A stretch of DNA of 61,029 bases from an uncultured Gammaproteobacteria bacterium (GCA_913020145.1 CAJWAI010000004.1:1-61029), one strand, 5' to 3'. Counted from the first letter of the stretch, positions 24,124 to 35,000 are shown. A program made the numbers and translations. Notes: generated by a model not told the origin, from the sequence alone.

Positions 24124-24765
24124 ATGAAGTTCGTTGTAGCAGGTTCAACAGGTCTTATTGGAAAAAGTTTAGTAAATCATATTTCCACAAATAATGAAGT
24201 GATCGCTTTAACTAGAAGAAATTTCAGTTTCCCTAAAAATATTCAGCAGATTTTAGTAGATTTTGATAATCATTATGATATTCCTAATGCAGATCATTTA
24301 TTCATATGTCTTGGCTTTCCAGTCAAACTTGCTGACCTTTTCATAATGCAGAAAGAAGTAAAAAAACAGTTTTATAAAGTTGATTATGAATATGTTTGCA
24401 ATCTAGCAATCAAAGCAGAAAAAGCAGGCATCAAAAATGTTTCTGTAGTTTCAGCTGTTGGCGCAAATGAAAGCTCCTTTAATTATTATTTAAAGATAAA
24501 GGGCTTAATGGAAGAACAACTAAAAAATCTAAATTTTCAAACACTAAATATAATTCAACCTAGTCATTTATTAGGTGAGAGAGAAAAACCAAATGGATTG
24601 GACGTAAAAATATTTGAAGCCATGACTAATATCACAGGAAATTTATTATTAGGCCCATTAGCAAAATTCAAAAATGTTAACGCCATTGAAATTGCAAAAT
24701 TAATGTATGAAAAAGCATTAAATAGCAGGAAAGGCATAAACTATTTTACTAGAATGGACATATGA
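24124..24765 (+). CDS. NAD(P)H-binding protein, TIP30/HTATIP2(YraR)-like
   Basis: GSTGLIG, CLG, FYKVDYEY, VSAVGAN, YLKIKG, QPSHLLGER. Confidence 0.87.
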   Translation: MKFVVAGSTGLIGKSLVNHISTNNEVIALTRRNFSFPKNIQQILVDFDNHYDIPNADHLFICLGFPVKLADLFIMQKEVKKQFYKVDYEYVCNLAIKAEKAGIKNVSVVSAVGANESSFNYYLKIKGLMEEQLKNLNFQTLNIIQPSHLLGEREKPNGLDVKIFEAMTNITGNLLLGPLAKFKNVNAIEIAKLMYEKALNSRKGINYFTRMDI

Positions 24766-25649
24766 AAATTTTAAGAACTCCAGAGTCAAGATTTGAAAAT
24801 CTTAAAGATTATAATTTTGAACCACACTATTTTGATGTGCAGTATGAAAGTGAAGCACTAAGAATGCATTATGTCGATGAAAACCCTTCATCGGATGAAG
24901 TGGTTTTACTTCTACATGGAGAGCCAAGCTGGTCTTATCTTTATAGGCATATTATTCCAATTCTTGCTCAAGCAGGTAAAAGAGTCATAGCACCGGATTT
25001 AATTGGCTTTGGTAAGTCAGATAAACTAGCAGAGAGATCCGATTATTCGTATGCCAATCATATTAATTGGACAACTCAATTAGTAGAGCATCTAAACTTA
25101 TCCAATATGATTCTATTTGCTCAAGATTGGGGTGGCCTTATAGGTTTACGGATATTGACTGCCAATCCAGAAAAATTTTCTGGTTTAGTAGTTTCAAATT
25201 CAGGATTACCAGTTGGAATTGGGGCAACAGAAGGGTTCAATCAATGGCTTAATTTTAGTCAAACTGTGGAAGATTTTGATTCAGGAAAAATTGTCTACCA
25301 AGGTAGCATGAAAAAACTTGATGAAGCAGAGATAGCTGCTTACAACGCACCATTTCCAGATGAATCTTTTAAGGCTGGACCAAGAGTATTTCCTACTCTA
25401 GTGCCTATAACTAATGAACACCCTCAAGTTCAAGAAAATATTGAAGCTTGGGAGGTTCTAAAAAATTTTGATAAACCAACTATCGCAATTTTTGGAGAAT
25501 ATGACTTCTCATTTAGAGAACAAGATAAATATATTATTGAAAAAATTGCTGGTGCTAAAGGAATGAATCATCGAAGAATTGAAGCAGGGCATTTTTCTCA
25601 AGAAAATCAACCAGAATTAATAGCTGAAACAATACTGTCTATCGATTAA
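24762..25649 (+). CDS. Haloalkane dehalogenase
   Basis: LRTPESRF, HGEPSWSYLYR, DLIGFGKSDK, QDWGG nucleophile elbow, AYNAPFP, AGHFSQE. Confidence 0.93.
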   Translation: MKILRTPESRFENLKDYNFEPHYFDVQYESEALRMHYVDENPSSDEVVLLLHGEPSWSYLYRHIIPILAQAGKRVIAPDLIGFGKSDKLAERSDYSYANHINWTTQLVEHLNLSNMILFAQDWGGLIGLRILTANPEKFSGLVVSNSGLPVGIGATEGFNQWLNFSQTVEDFDSGKIVYQGSMKKLDEAEIAAYNAPFPDESFKAGPRVFPTLVPITNEHPQVQENIEAWEVLKNFDKPTIAIFGEYDFSFREQDKYIIEKIAGAKGMNHRRIEAGHFSQENQPELIAETILSID

Positions 25650-26239
25650 AGATAATCAGGCATTTCTCTTAAGGCTTCTTTACCCCAAAACATCTGTTTA
25701 CCAATAAAGAAAGTAGGAACACCAAAAGCACCCATAACGACAGCTTCTTCTGTGTTTTTGATAAGTTTTTGTTTAATTGCATCATCAGAAGTCTTTTGGA
25801 TGATATCTGAACCATCTAAACCATTTTTATTTAGGTAATCAATCAATATATTTTTATCACCTAAATTGATCTGCTCTTCCCACATACCTTTTGCCATAAT
25901 ATCGATATAGTTCATCAGAATTCCTCTTTCTTCCGCTACAAGTGCACCTCGTTGCATGGTTAAGGTGTTTATTGGAAAATGAGGATTCATTTGAAAACTT
26001 TCAATTTTATGAAATTCCACGAATCGCTCTATTTCTTTACCAAAGTAAGAATTTTTATTTGGTATTTCTGCATAGGCAATCATAGGAGGCGTATTATTGC
26101 TTAATTTATGAATGCCACCAAGCAAGCAAATGAAGTAATCAAATTTTACTGAATATTTTGCTTCAAAATCAGGAATAACTTTATGACATAAATAGCCGTT
26201 AGGGCTAGCAATATCGTAGACAAATTTTATTTTCACCAT
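25646..26239 (-). CDS. 2-hydroxychromene-2-carboxylate isomerase / kappa-class GST (DsbA family)
   Basis: YDIASPNGYL, LLGG, MNPHFPINT, GAFGVPTF, FWGKE. Confidence 0.9.
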   Translation of the reverse strand: MVKIKFVYDIASPNGYLCHKVIPDFEAKYSVKFDYFICLLGGIHKLSNNTPPMIAYAEIPNKNSYFGKEIERFVEFHKIESFQMNPHFPINTLTMQRGALVAEERGILMNYIDIMAKGMWEEQINLGDKNILIDYLNKNGLDGSDIIQKTSDDAIKQKLIKNTEEAVVMGAFGVPTFFIGKQMFWGKEALREMPDYL

Positions 26240-26295
26240 TTTATATTAACTAGATTAATATAATCTTAGACATAATTTTAATTTTTGGAATAGTT

Positions 26296-27015
26296 TTGAA
26301 AGGATCAGTAATTATTATCGGTACAGGGCCAGGTTTAGGCTCTAGCCTAGCTAGAAAGTTTGCAAAAGAGGGTCATCATGTTTTTGTTGTCAGAAGAGAA
26401 AGACATTCTGAAGAATTAAATTCACTTTGCGATGGAATAAAAGAATCTGGAGGTTCTGCAACAGCAATTCCTTCTGATGCAAGAGAAGAAGAACAGGTCA
26501 TAAGTTTATTTTCTAAAGTAGCAAAATCTGGTCCCATTGATTGCGTTATTTTTAATATTGGAGCTAATGTATTTTTCCCCATTGAAGAAACCACCTCTAG
26601 AGTCTTTAGAAAAATTTGGGAGATGGGTACATTTGCAGGATTTTTAGTTGGAAGAGAGGCTGCAAAACATATGAAAGATAAAGGAACAATAATATTTACT
26701 GGAGCAACAGCATCAATGAGAGGAGGATCAGGATTCGCCGCATTTTCTTCAGCTAAATTTGGTCTAAGAGCTGTGGCACAATCTCTTGCAAGAGAATTAG
26801 GTCCGAAGGGTATTCATGTTGCCCATACTGTTATTGATGGAGCCATTGATCATCCATGGATCAAAGAAAATTTTCCAGATTTATATAAGCTTAAAGAGGT
26901 TGATGGCATATTAAACCCTGATGATATTGCTGAAGCATATTACAATTTACACTTACAGGAAAAAACTGCATGGACTCATGAATTAGACTTGAGACCATAT
27001 ATGGAAAAATTTTAA
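26296..27015 (+). CDS. Short-chain dehydrogenase/reductase
   Basis: GTGPGLG, FTGATASMRG, FSSAK (Phe in the catalytic Tyr position), IHVAHTVIDG, WTHELDLRP. Confidence 0.92.
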   Translation: MKGSVIIIGTGPGLGSSLARKFAKEGHHVFVVRRERHSEELNSLCDGIKESGGSATAIPSDAREEEQVISLFSKVAKSGPIDCVIFNIGANVFFPIEETTSRVFRKIWEMGTFAGFLVGREAAKHMKDKGTIIFTGATASMRGGSGFAAFSSAKFGLRAVAQSLARELGPKGIHVAHTVIDGAIDHPWIKENFPDLYKLKEVDGILNPDDIAEAYYNLHLQEKTAWTHELDLRPYMEKF

Positions 27016-27024
27016 GGAAATTAT

Positions 27025-27441
27025 ATGAGTAAAGAAGTAAAAGAATTCTTTTCAACTTATAGTGACTTTGTTACTAAAGTTACAAGTGAACCAAGCTTAG
27101 ATTTAGAAGCTTTAAGAGAAAGCTTGAAAGATATTGAAAAAAATTCACCAGTAAAATCAGCAAGATTGCTAACAGCAGCCCTTGGCTTAGGAAGTGAATC
27201 AGGTGAATTCGTTGAAATAGTTAAAAAAATGTTTCTGCAAGGAAAGCCACCTTCTGAAGAAAACATATTTCATATGAAAAGAGAGTTAGGTGACATTATG
27301 TGGTATTGGGTAACAGCTTGTGCAGCACTCGACTTAGATCCTTATGAAGTTATTAGTGAAAATCAGAAAAAACTAGAAGCAAGATACGGCGAAAAATTTG
27401 AAATAGATAGAAGTGAAGTAAGAAAAGAGGGAGATCTCTAG
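27025..27441 (+). CDS. Single-domain MazG-like NTP pyrophosphohydrolase
   Basis: LLTAALGLGSESGEFVEIVKK..QGK, KRELGDIMWY, N..KLEARY (ExxE...ExxD). Confidence 0.9.
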   Translation: MSKEVKEFFSTYSDFVTKVTSEPSLDLEALRESLKDIEKNSPVKSARLLTAALGLGSESGEFVEIVKKMFLQGKPPSEENIFHMKRELGDIMWYWVTACAALDLDPYEVISENQKKLEARYGEKFEIDRSEVRKEGDL

Positions 27442-27510
27442 TTTCGCTAGAATCTCAGCAGAGATTACTAAGAAAGTTTATAATTAAGTTGCTTAAAATA
27501 AATTTTTCCT

Positions 27511-30500
27511 ATGGTGGATAAATTGTTGCAAAAAAAAATCTCTTTGAGTGATAAGTACACTTCAAGAGAAGGAAAAATCTTTCTTACTGGAATTCAAGCT
27601 CTAGTAAGACTTCCACTTATCCAAAAAGAACTAGACGAAAGTAATCACTTAAATACTGGTGGTTTTATATCTGGATACAAAGGTTCGCCTCTAGGAGGGT
27701 ATGACCTAGAGCTAGAAAGGGCGAAAGCACATCTTAAAGATAAGTCCATTTACCATCAACCAGGCCTCAATGAAGAATTAGGAGCAACTGCTGTTTGGGG
27801 CTCTCAGCAAGGAGAATTCAAAGATAGAGGAAACAAAGATGGAGTCTTTGGTATTTGGTATGGAAAAGGTCCGGGAGTTGACAGGACCATGGATGTATTT
27901 AAGCATGCCAATGCTGCAGGCTCATCAAAATATGGTGGAGTATTAGCTATTGCAGGCGATGATCATGCTGCTAAATCATCAACATTACCACATCAATCAG
28001 ACCATAATTTCATAAGTGCGTTCATGCCTTACTTGTATCCTTCTGGAGTAGAAGAAATAGTTAGATATGGTCTGCTTGGTTTTGCAATGAGTAGATATAG
28101 TGGATGTTGGACTGGGTTTAAAATTGTTTCTGATGTAGCTGATTCTGGGACAAGGTATGACACAGCTATAGAAAAATTACCGATAATTATTCCAAGTGAA
28201 GAGTTTCTTGGCGAGTACAAAGATTTAGAAAGAAATATTTTGTTTGAAGATACTCCCAGAGATCAAGACTATCGACTACAAAGAGCAAAAGGTTTTGCAG
28301 CCCAAGAGTTTGTTAGAGCTAATAATATTGATCAATCAATATGGAAAGATAACACCTCAAAATTAGGAATAATAACGGCAGGAAAATCTTATAACGATGT
28401 AAGAGAAGCACTAAAGTGGCTAAAAATTGATGAAGCAAAAGCTAAAGAATTAGGGCTATGCATTTATAAGGTTGGAATGCCATGGCCTTTAGAGCCACAT
28501 GGAGTCAGAGAGTTTTGTGAAGGATTAGATACTGTCCTAGTAGTGGAGGAAAAAAGAGAACTTATAGAACATCAGGTAAAGTGGCAACTTTATAATTGGA
28601 AAGATACGGTCCGACCAATAGTCATAGGGAAGCAAGATGAATATGGAGGGTGGCTATTGCCGGCTGAGAATGACCTTCCGTTACAAACAATAGTAGAAGC
28701 CATATCAACAAGATTACATAAAATATCTGGAGATCCAGACTTAGTTAAACAATTAGAATGGTTTAAGAAAAGAAATGAACAACAAAAAGATTTAGAAGCA
28801 CCTATCCAGAGGAAGCCTTTTTTCTGCTCCGGTTGTCCACATAACTCATCATTAAAATTACCAGAAGGAAAACGAGCATTAGGCGGTATAGGTTGTCACT
28901 ATATGGCTGTTGATTCTGTAGAAGGAACTGAATTCTTTACACAGATGGGTGGTGAAGGCACGCCTTGGATTGGGATTTCTCCATTCTCAAAAGAGAAACA
29001 TATATTTGCTAATTTAGGTGATGGCACTTATAAGCATTCTGGTATTCTTGCTATTCGTGCTGCTCTAGATGCAGATGTAAATATTACATACAAAATACTA
29101 TATAACGATGCAGTAGCTATGACTGGAGGCCAAGAAATCGGAGGTAATTGGGATGTTGAAGGAATAGTTAAACAAGTTTTAGCAGAAGGCGTTAAAAAAG
29201 TTTCGATCCTGTCAGAAGAACCAAAAAAATATAAGCATCTTAGGTCCAAAGAAGTTAAAAGCTTACATAAAGACTCTATTGTTTCTGAGCAAGAGAAATT
29301 AAGCGAACATGAAGGTGTAAGTGTATTAATTTTTGATCAGACTTGTGCAGCTGAAAAAAGAAGAAGAAGAAAAAGGGGGCTGATGAATGATCCTGCTAAA
29401 AAAGTTCTCATCAATGATGAGGTATGTGAAGGTTGTGGAGATTGCTCCATACAATCTAGTTGTGTCTCTATTGAACCATTAGAAACACCCCTCGGAAGAA
29501 AAAGAAAGATTAATCAATCGAGTTGTAATAAAGATTACACTTGCATGAAGGGTTTCTGCCCTTCCTTCATAACAGTAGATGCTCAGTTAAAATCTAAATC
29601 TGCTTTTCAAGATATTGGCGATTTACCAGATCCAGTTATTAAGTCAACAGATAGAGTTTCCAATATAATGCTTACCGGTATCGGAGGAACTGGAGTATTA
29701 ACCATATCGGCTATTCTTGCCTATGCGGCTCATTATGAAGACAAAGATGCATCTATATTAGATATGACAGGACTTGCACAGAAAGGAGGCGCAGTTTGGT
29801 CTCATATTAAAATCTATGAGAAGGGTATCAAGCCATTTAGTCAAAAAATTTCACCAGGGTCAGCAAATGTTCTTTTAGCTTGTGATGCTGTAGTTGGCAC
29901 TAAACCAGAAATACAAGAAGTAGTTTCAACTGAAAAAACCTTTGCCGTCATAAATAGCAATACAATGCCGGTCGCTGATTTTGTTACTAATAGAGAATTA
30001 AATTTTAGGAGTAATGAGGTTCTTGATCTCATAGAGAAAACCACTAAAGAAATTGTTTCTTCTCTACCTGCAATAAGAATTTCAGAAGTTTTATCTGGTG
30101 ATGCCATAGGCACAAATATCCTTATGCTGGGTTCAGCTTTTCAGAATGGTTTAATACCACTGAGAGAAGAAAATATAATTAAAGCAATCACCCTTAATGG
30201 TGTTGGTATTGAAAGAAATATATACAACTTCAATCTTGGTAGGCTATATAGTATTAACCCGGAGCATGAGATATTTACATTTTTAACCAAAGACAAATTA
30301 AAGGAATTAAATTCTGTAGAGTTATATGAAGACAGACTTAAACGTATTGAAAAGTATGACAAAAGAATTGTTACTGATTTCGAGAAGAGTAAATTATTAA
30401 TTGACGATATTCTGTCTAGTGAAGTAGATACAGAAAGATTAAGTAAAGATGCGTTAAAAGAACTATATCGAGTATTTGCAATAAAAGATGAGTATGAAGT

Positions 30501-31023
30501 TGCTCGAATGCATTTAGAGACCACCTCAAGTATATTGGATAAACAATTTTCAAGTTGGAAAAATTTAAATTTTTATCTATCACCACCAATGCTTTCTTTT
30601 ATTAAGGACGAAAGAACGGGAAGACCAAAAAAAATAAGAGTTCCAGGATTTATTGCCATTCCGATATTTAAAATTTTAAAATCGCTCACTTTCTTAAGAA
30701 GTATTGGTTTAGATCCGCTACGATTTACACCTGACAGGATTAGAGACCTTGAGCATAAAAAAATATTTAAACAGAAACTTCTTGAAATAAAAAGTATAAG
30801 TAGTGGTCAAAAAGCAAATAAACTCAGGGAATTAATAGATATATCAAGCACTGTAAAAGGTTACGGTCCAGTAAGGGATGAGGCATTTAGAAAATTTAAA
30901 AAAAGAATACAAGGGGTCGAAGTTAAGAAAGTACGATTTTTCAGAAATTTATTTAAATTTTCTAATAGAACATCTATTGTTGCTTCAAAAATTAAACAAA
31001 AAGATAGGGATATAAATAGATGA
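27511..31023 (+). CDS. Fused indolepyruvate:ferredoxin oxidoreductase family protein
   Basis: ISGYKGSPLGG, GLNEELGAT, FCSGCPHN, GIGCH, NLGDGT..HSG, CEGCGDC..SSC, CNKD..C..GFCP, GIGGTGV, GLAQKGG, KDEYEVAR. Confidence 0.95.
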   Translation: MVDKLLQKKISLSDKYTSREGKIFLTGIQALVRLPLIQKELDESNHLNTGGFISGYKGSPLGGYDLELERAKAHLKDKSIYHQPGLNEELGATAVWGSQQGEFKDRGNKDGVFGIWYGKGPGVDRTMDVFKHANAAGSSKYGGVLAIAGDDHAAKSSTLPHQSDHNFISAFMPYLYPSGVEEIVRYGLLGFAMSRYSGCWTGFKIVSDVADSGTRYDTAIEKLPIIIPSEEFLGEYKDLERNILFEDTPRDQDYRLQRAKGFAAQEFVRANNIDQSIWKDNTSKLGIITAGKSYNDVREALKWLKIDEAKAKELGLCIYKVGMPWPLEPHGVREFCEGLDTVLVVEEKRELIEHQVKWQLYNWKDTVRPIVIGKQDEYGGWLLPAENDLPLQTIVEAISTRLHKISGDPDLVKQLEWFKKRNEQQKDLEAPIQRKPFFCSGCPHNSSLKLPEGKRALGGIGCHYMAVDSVEGTEFFTQMGGEGTPWIGISPFSKEKHIFANLGDGTYKHSGILAIRAALDADVNITYKILYNDAVAMTGGQEIGGNWDVEGIVKQVLAEGVKKVSILSEEPKKYKHLRSKEVKSLHKDSIVSEQEKLSEHEGVSVLIFDQTCAAEKRRRRKRGLMNDPAKKVLINDEVCEGCGDCSIQSSCVSIEPLETPLGRKRKINQSSCNKDYTCMKGFCPSFITVDAQLKSKSAFQDIGDLPDPVIKSTDRVSNIMLTGIGGTGVLTISAILAYAAHYEDKDASILDMTGLAQKGGAVWSHIKIYEKGIKPFSQKISPGSANVLLACDAVVGTKPEIQEVVSTEKTFAVINSNTMPVADFVTNRELNFRSNEVLDLIEKTTKEIVSSLPAIRISEVLSGDAIGTNILMLGSAFQNGLIPLREENIIKAITLNGVGIERNIYNFNLGRLYSINPEHEIFTFLTKDKLKELNSVELYEDRLKRIEKYDKRIVTDFEKSKLLIDDILSSEVDTERLSKDALKELYRVFAIKDEYEVARMHLETTSSILDKQFSSWKNLNFYLSPPMLSFIKDERTGRPKKIRVPGFIAIPIFKILKSLTFLRSIGLDPLRFTPDRIRDLEHKKIFKQKLLEIKSISSGQKANKLRELIDISSTVKGYGPVRDEAFRKFKKRIQGVEVKKVRFFRNLFKFSNRTSIVASKIKQKDRDINR

Positions 31024-31439
31024 AAGAAGTTACAAAAAATTACTTTGTATCGCCGCAGATAATCCCTAGTGATATTGAGCTGCTAAAAGAGCAAGGTTTT
31101 GAGGTTATAGTTTGTAACAGGCCAGATAAAGAAGAGCCGAATCAACCAGACTTCGAATCTATTAATAAAGAATGCTCAAGATTAGGGTTAAAATTTTACA
31201 ACCACCCAATCAGTCCTGGAGATTTAAATTTAGAACGAGTACTAGAAACAAAAGGGATGCTAGAAGAGGAAAAAAAGACACTAGCTTACTGTCGCACAGG
31301 CACTAGATGTATCACTCTTTGGGCCTGTGCAGAAGCTCCCAATAAAGAAGTAAAAGAAATTTTAAAAATATCTGAAATAGCTGGATACGATTTAAGTCAT
31401 ATTGAAGAAATTCTGTCTAGTCTTAAGACTGTTTCTTAA
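31020..31439 (+). CDS. TIGR01244/DUF442 sulfur transferase (PTP-like fold)
   Basis: VSPQI, CNRPDKEEPNQP, AYCRTGTRC. Confidence 0.9.
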   Translation: MKEVTKNYFVSPQIIPSDIELLKEQGFEVIVCNRPDKEEPNQPDFESINKECSRLGLKFYNHPISPGDLNLERVLETKGMLEEEKKTLAYCRTGTRCITLWACAEAPNKEVKEILKISEIAGYDLSHIEEILSSLKTVS

Positions 31440-31695
31440 ATAAAAGAATAAACCAGACTATTGGTATCACTATTAGACAACCTGCAGTTATATTTATTGC
31501 GAGCTCTAATGGAAAATCAACTATAGCACCTAAAAAATCAGATAAAGTGTTGCCAAACAAAGCACCATAGATCGCTCCATGTATTCCAGAACCTTTAAAA
31601 TATTTATCAATATCTATGCCTAATAAAGTCGAGAAAGCTAATACCCCATTATCTATGAGGCCATAAATTATCCCATCATTTACCCAATCTAACAT
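31423..31695 (-). CDS. Small 3-TM membrane protein with TMEM65-like motifs
   Basis: YGLIDNGV...GIDID...ALFGNTLSDFLG; end of the lysR-putA minus-strand run. Confidence 0.65.
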   Translation of the reverse strand: MLDWVNDGIIYGLIDNGVLAFSTLLGIDIDKYFKGSGIHGAIYGALFGNTLSDFLGAIVDFPLELAINITAGCLIVIPIVWFILLFKKQS

Positions 31696-31696
31696 T

Positions 31697-32083
31697 TTAA
31701 AAAATTTTCTTTTTCATTTGATTAAGGTGTATATATAAGGTTATAAACCAAACCAGCTCAAAAGCAGTGAAACCCCATAAGAAAGCTGAATTTAATTCAC
31801 CAAATATTAAAGACACGACTCTGCCTAGCAGAATACCGAGTATTATAAATATTAGTATTTTCATGAATAACTCTTCATGTTTGCTTTGAAAGAGTGCTGC
31901 AAAAGCAAATAGACCGATTAATAAATTTATGCCGCCATATACAGAACGTATTTCAGATGAACCTAAATTAGAGGTAATAGTTAATCCAACTTCACTTACA
32001 AACGATACTGGATCAAGCAATGCCCAACCACCTAATCCACCATAGATTACTGCTGTTATTAAAAGAAATATTCTAATTATCAC
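31697..32083 (-). CDS. DUF4345 family membrane protein
   Basis: SEIRSVYGG, LGRVVSL..G, FELV; 4 TM. Confidence 0.8.
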   Translation of the reverse strand: MIIRIFLLITAVIYGGLGGWALLDPVSFVSEVGLTITSNLGSSEIRSVYGGINLLIGLFAFAALFQSKHEELFMKILIFIILGILLGRVVSLIFGELNSAFLWGFTAFELVWFITLYIHLNQMKKKIF

Positions 32084-35000
32084 TATTGATTATTTTTATT
32101 TAACAAATCTATGTTACCACCTGTTGCCATTACATTGTCAGTAAAAGTTTTTTCAGTTGTAAAACTTTTTAAGTAATTGGGCCCACCAGCTTTCGGACCA
32201 GTACCACTAAGTCCTTGTCCACCAAATGGTTGAACTCCAACTACAGCACCAACTATATCTCTGTTTAAATAGAAATTACCAACTTTGGCTTTTTCAAATA
32301 TTTTATTTGCTTTCTCAGTAATTCTTGAATGTACACCCATAGTTAAGCCAAAGCCAGTTGAATTCACTTCTTCCAATACCTTATCTATCTCTTCACTTTT
32401 ATAGCTTATAAAGTGTAGTATCGGACCAAATTTTTCTCCGTCAATTTCTTTAATATTGTCAATCTTAAAAGCTATTGGCTTAACAAAAAAACCATTTTTT
32501 AGACAATCTTTATCACATTCAATAAACTCCTTATCAGCTTTAAGCTTGGATATATGATTATTAAGTTTATTCAATGAAGATTCATTTATTATTGGTCCAA
32601 TATCAGTTGTTGGGTCATTAGGATCACCCAATTCTAGTTCTTGCAAAGCCTCATCTAGATAATCCCAATACTCTTCTGCTATTTCTTCTTGTACATAGAC
32701 AACTCTCAATGCACTACATCTTTGTCCAGCACTTAGAAAAGCTGATCTGACAATATCATCAATTACTTGTTCTTTAAGAGAAGAAGAGTCCACAAACATT
32801 ACATTTTGACCACCGGTTTCAGCAATTAATGTTTTTATTGGGCCATCTGAAGTAGCAAGATTAACATTAATTTTTTTTGCAGCTTCTGATGAACCAGTAA
32901 AGGCTAATCCATTTAAAAATTGATTTTTTGTAAGTTCATTTCCTATTTCTTTTCCGCCAATTATTAGTTGTAATGCAGATCCGGGAACGCCAGCATCATG
33001 GAATATTTTTATTATTTCATAAGCAATAATTGATGTATCTTCTGCTGGTTTGGCAGTAACATTATTGCCAGTCACTAATGCCGCAGAAATTTGCCCTATA
33101 AAGATTGCCATTGGAAAGTTCCAGGGGCTTATACATAAGAAATTTCCTTTTGGTGCATGTAATAAATAATTCTTCTCTCCTGTTGGCCCCTCCAATTCCT
33201 TTTTGGTAAATATTTCTTCTGCTTGTTGGCAGTAATAGTTAATAAAATCTATAGATTCTCTAACTTCAGCATCACAATCTTTTAAAGTTTTGCCAGCTTC
33301 ATTTGCCAAAAGATAAAAAAACTTATCTCTATTACTCTGAATCTCTATAGCAACTTTATTTAAAATTTTTATTTTTTTACTAAGATTTAATTCGAGCCAA
33401 GAACTGTCAGAGCTATATAGATCTAAACTTTTTAATTTGTTTGTAGATATATATGAGACTTTCCCTAATTCCCTTTTATTATCAAAAGGTGTCTTTTTTA
33501 TCTCATATCCTTCAGCTATATCGAGTCCATCAATAATCGAACAAGCTTTGAATCCATAATCATGAAAATCTTTCATACTATTTTCTAATTCTTTTATATC
33601 CTCTAAATCACCAAAATCAAAACCTTTTGAATTGTCTCTATTTGAAAATATATCCATTGGTCGCGGGACAATTTTCAGAAAATTTCTTTTTTCTAAATTT
33701 TTTGAAGCAGTTTCTATCGGATTTTTAACTACATCACTGACAGGAATTTCTTTGGAAAGGTATTTGTTTACAAATGAACTATTAGCTCCATTTTCAAGCA
33801 GTCTTCTAACTAGGTATGGTAAGAGCTCTTTTTTTGAACCGACAGGGGCATAAACTCGTGTCAGCGGAAATTCTTTATATACTTTCTTAGCATTTCTATA
33901 AGTTAGGTCCCCCATTCCAAATATTCTTTGAAATTCGAATTGATCTTCTCTGCCTTTATAAAGATCCATGATCCCTGCAATAGTATGAGCATTATGAGTA
34001 GCAAAATAAGGCCTAATATTTTTGGTTTTTGAAATAATTTTTGCAGAAGCTAAGTAATTAATATCTGTAAATGATTTAGATGTGAATACAGGCAGATCTG
34101 GAGCACCTTTAGTTTGATGTATTTTAATTTCTTGATCCCAATAAGCACCTTTAACTAGTCGCATCATCATTCCATTTCTTTTGGATCCAAGCTCTTCAAC
34201 AAAATCAACTATTATTGGAGCTCTCTTTCCATATGCTTGAATTGCCAAACCAAGACCACCCCAATCTTGTATTTTTTTTCTTGAAGCTAATTCTTTTATT
34301 AAATGGAGACTAAGTTCTAGTCTATCCTGTTCTTCAGCATCAATTGTTAGAGCAATATCATGCTGAGCGGATTGCAAACAAAGTTCATATACTCTTTCTA
34401 AGAGCTCTGACATTACTCTATCTTTTTTTGTTGCTTCATATCGCTGATGGATTGCAGATAATTTAATTGATATTTCATGAAAAGACGAAGATAGTAGAGC
34501 ATTCTTTTCACCTACTTTTCTAATCGCATCTTCATAAGAGTCAAAAAAGAAATCAACATCTGATTGTGTTCTTGCAGCTTCACCTAACATATCAAAAGAG
34601 CAAGGTACTTTTGGTGAATCAAATTTTTCTAAAGCATCCTCTATATCAATACCTGAAACAAATTCTTCACTAAGAATTTCCATACCTTTTTTAATAGCTT
34701 CTCTTAAGACAGGATCACCTATTCTTGAAGTTAAGCCCTGAAACCAGCTTATTGGATTTACACTAATTGATTTATCAAGTTCGACTACTTGCTCTGCTAA
34801 AAAAAGACCAAAGGTTGTCGCATTCACAAAGAGGGAAGGAGATTTATTGAAATGATCTAGCCATTTCTTGCCACCAATTTTTTCTTCAATTATTTCATCA
34901 CATGTTTGATTGTCTGGTATTCTTAAAAGTGATTCTGCAAGACACATTAATGCAACACCCTCTTGATTACTTAATCCATACTCAAGAAAAAAACTATCTA

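Noticed and set aside
23133-27441. Prophage or integrative element at tRNA-Leu, suggested by the phage-like MazG
   Set aside because: No integrase, structural genes or att duplication seen; neighbours are ordinary metabolic genes
27437-27470. Hairpins TCTAG-TTTCG-CTAGA and AATCTC-AGCA-GAGATT as a terminator
   Set aside because: Weak AT-rich stems without a U-tract; not supportable
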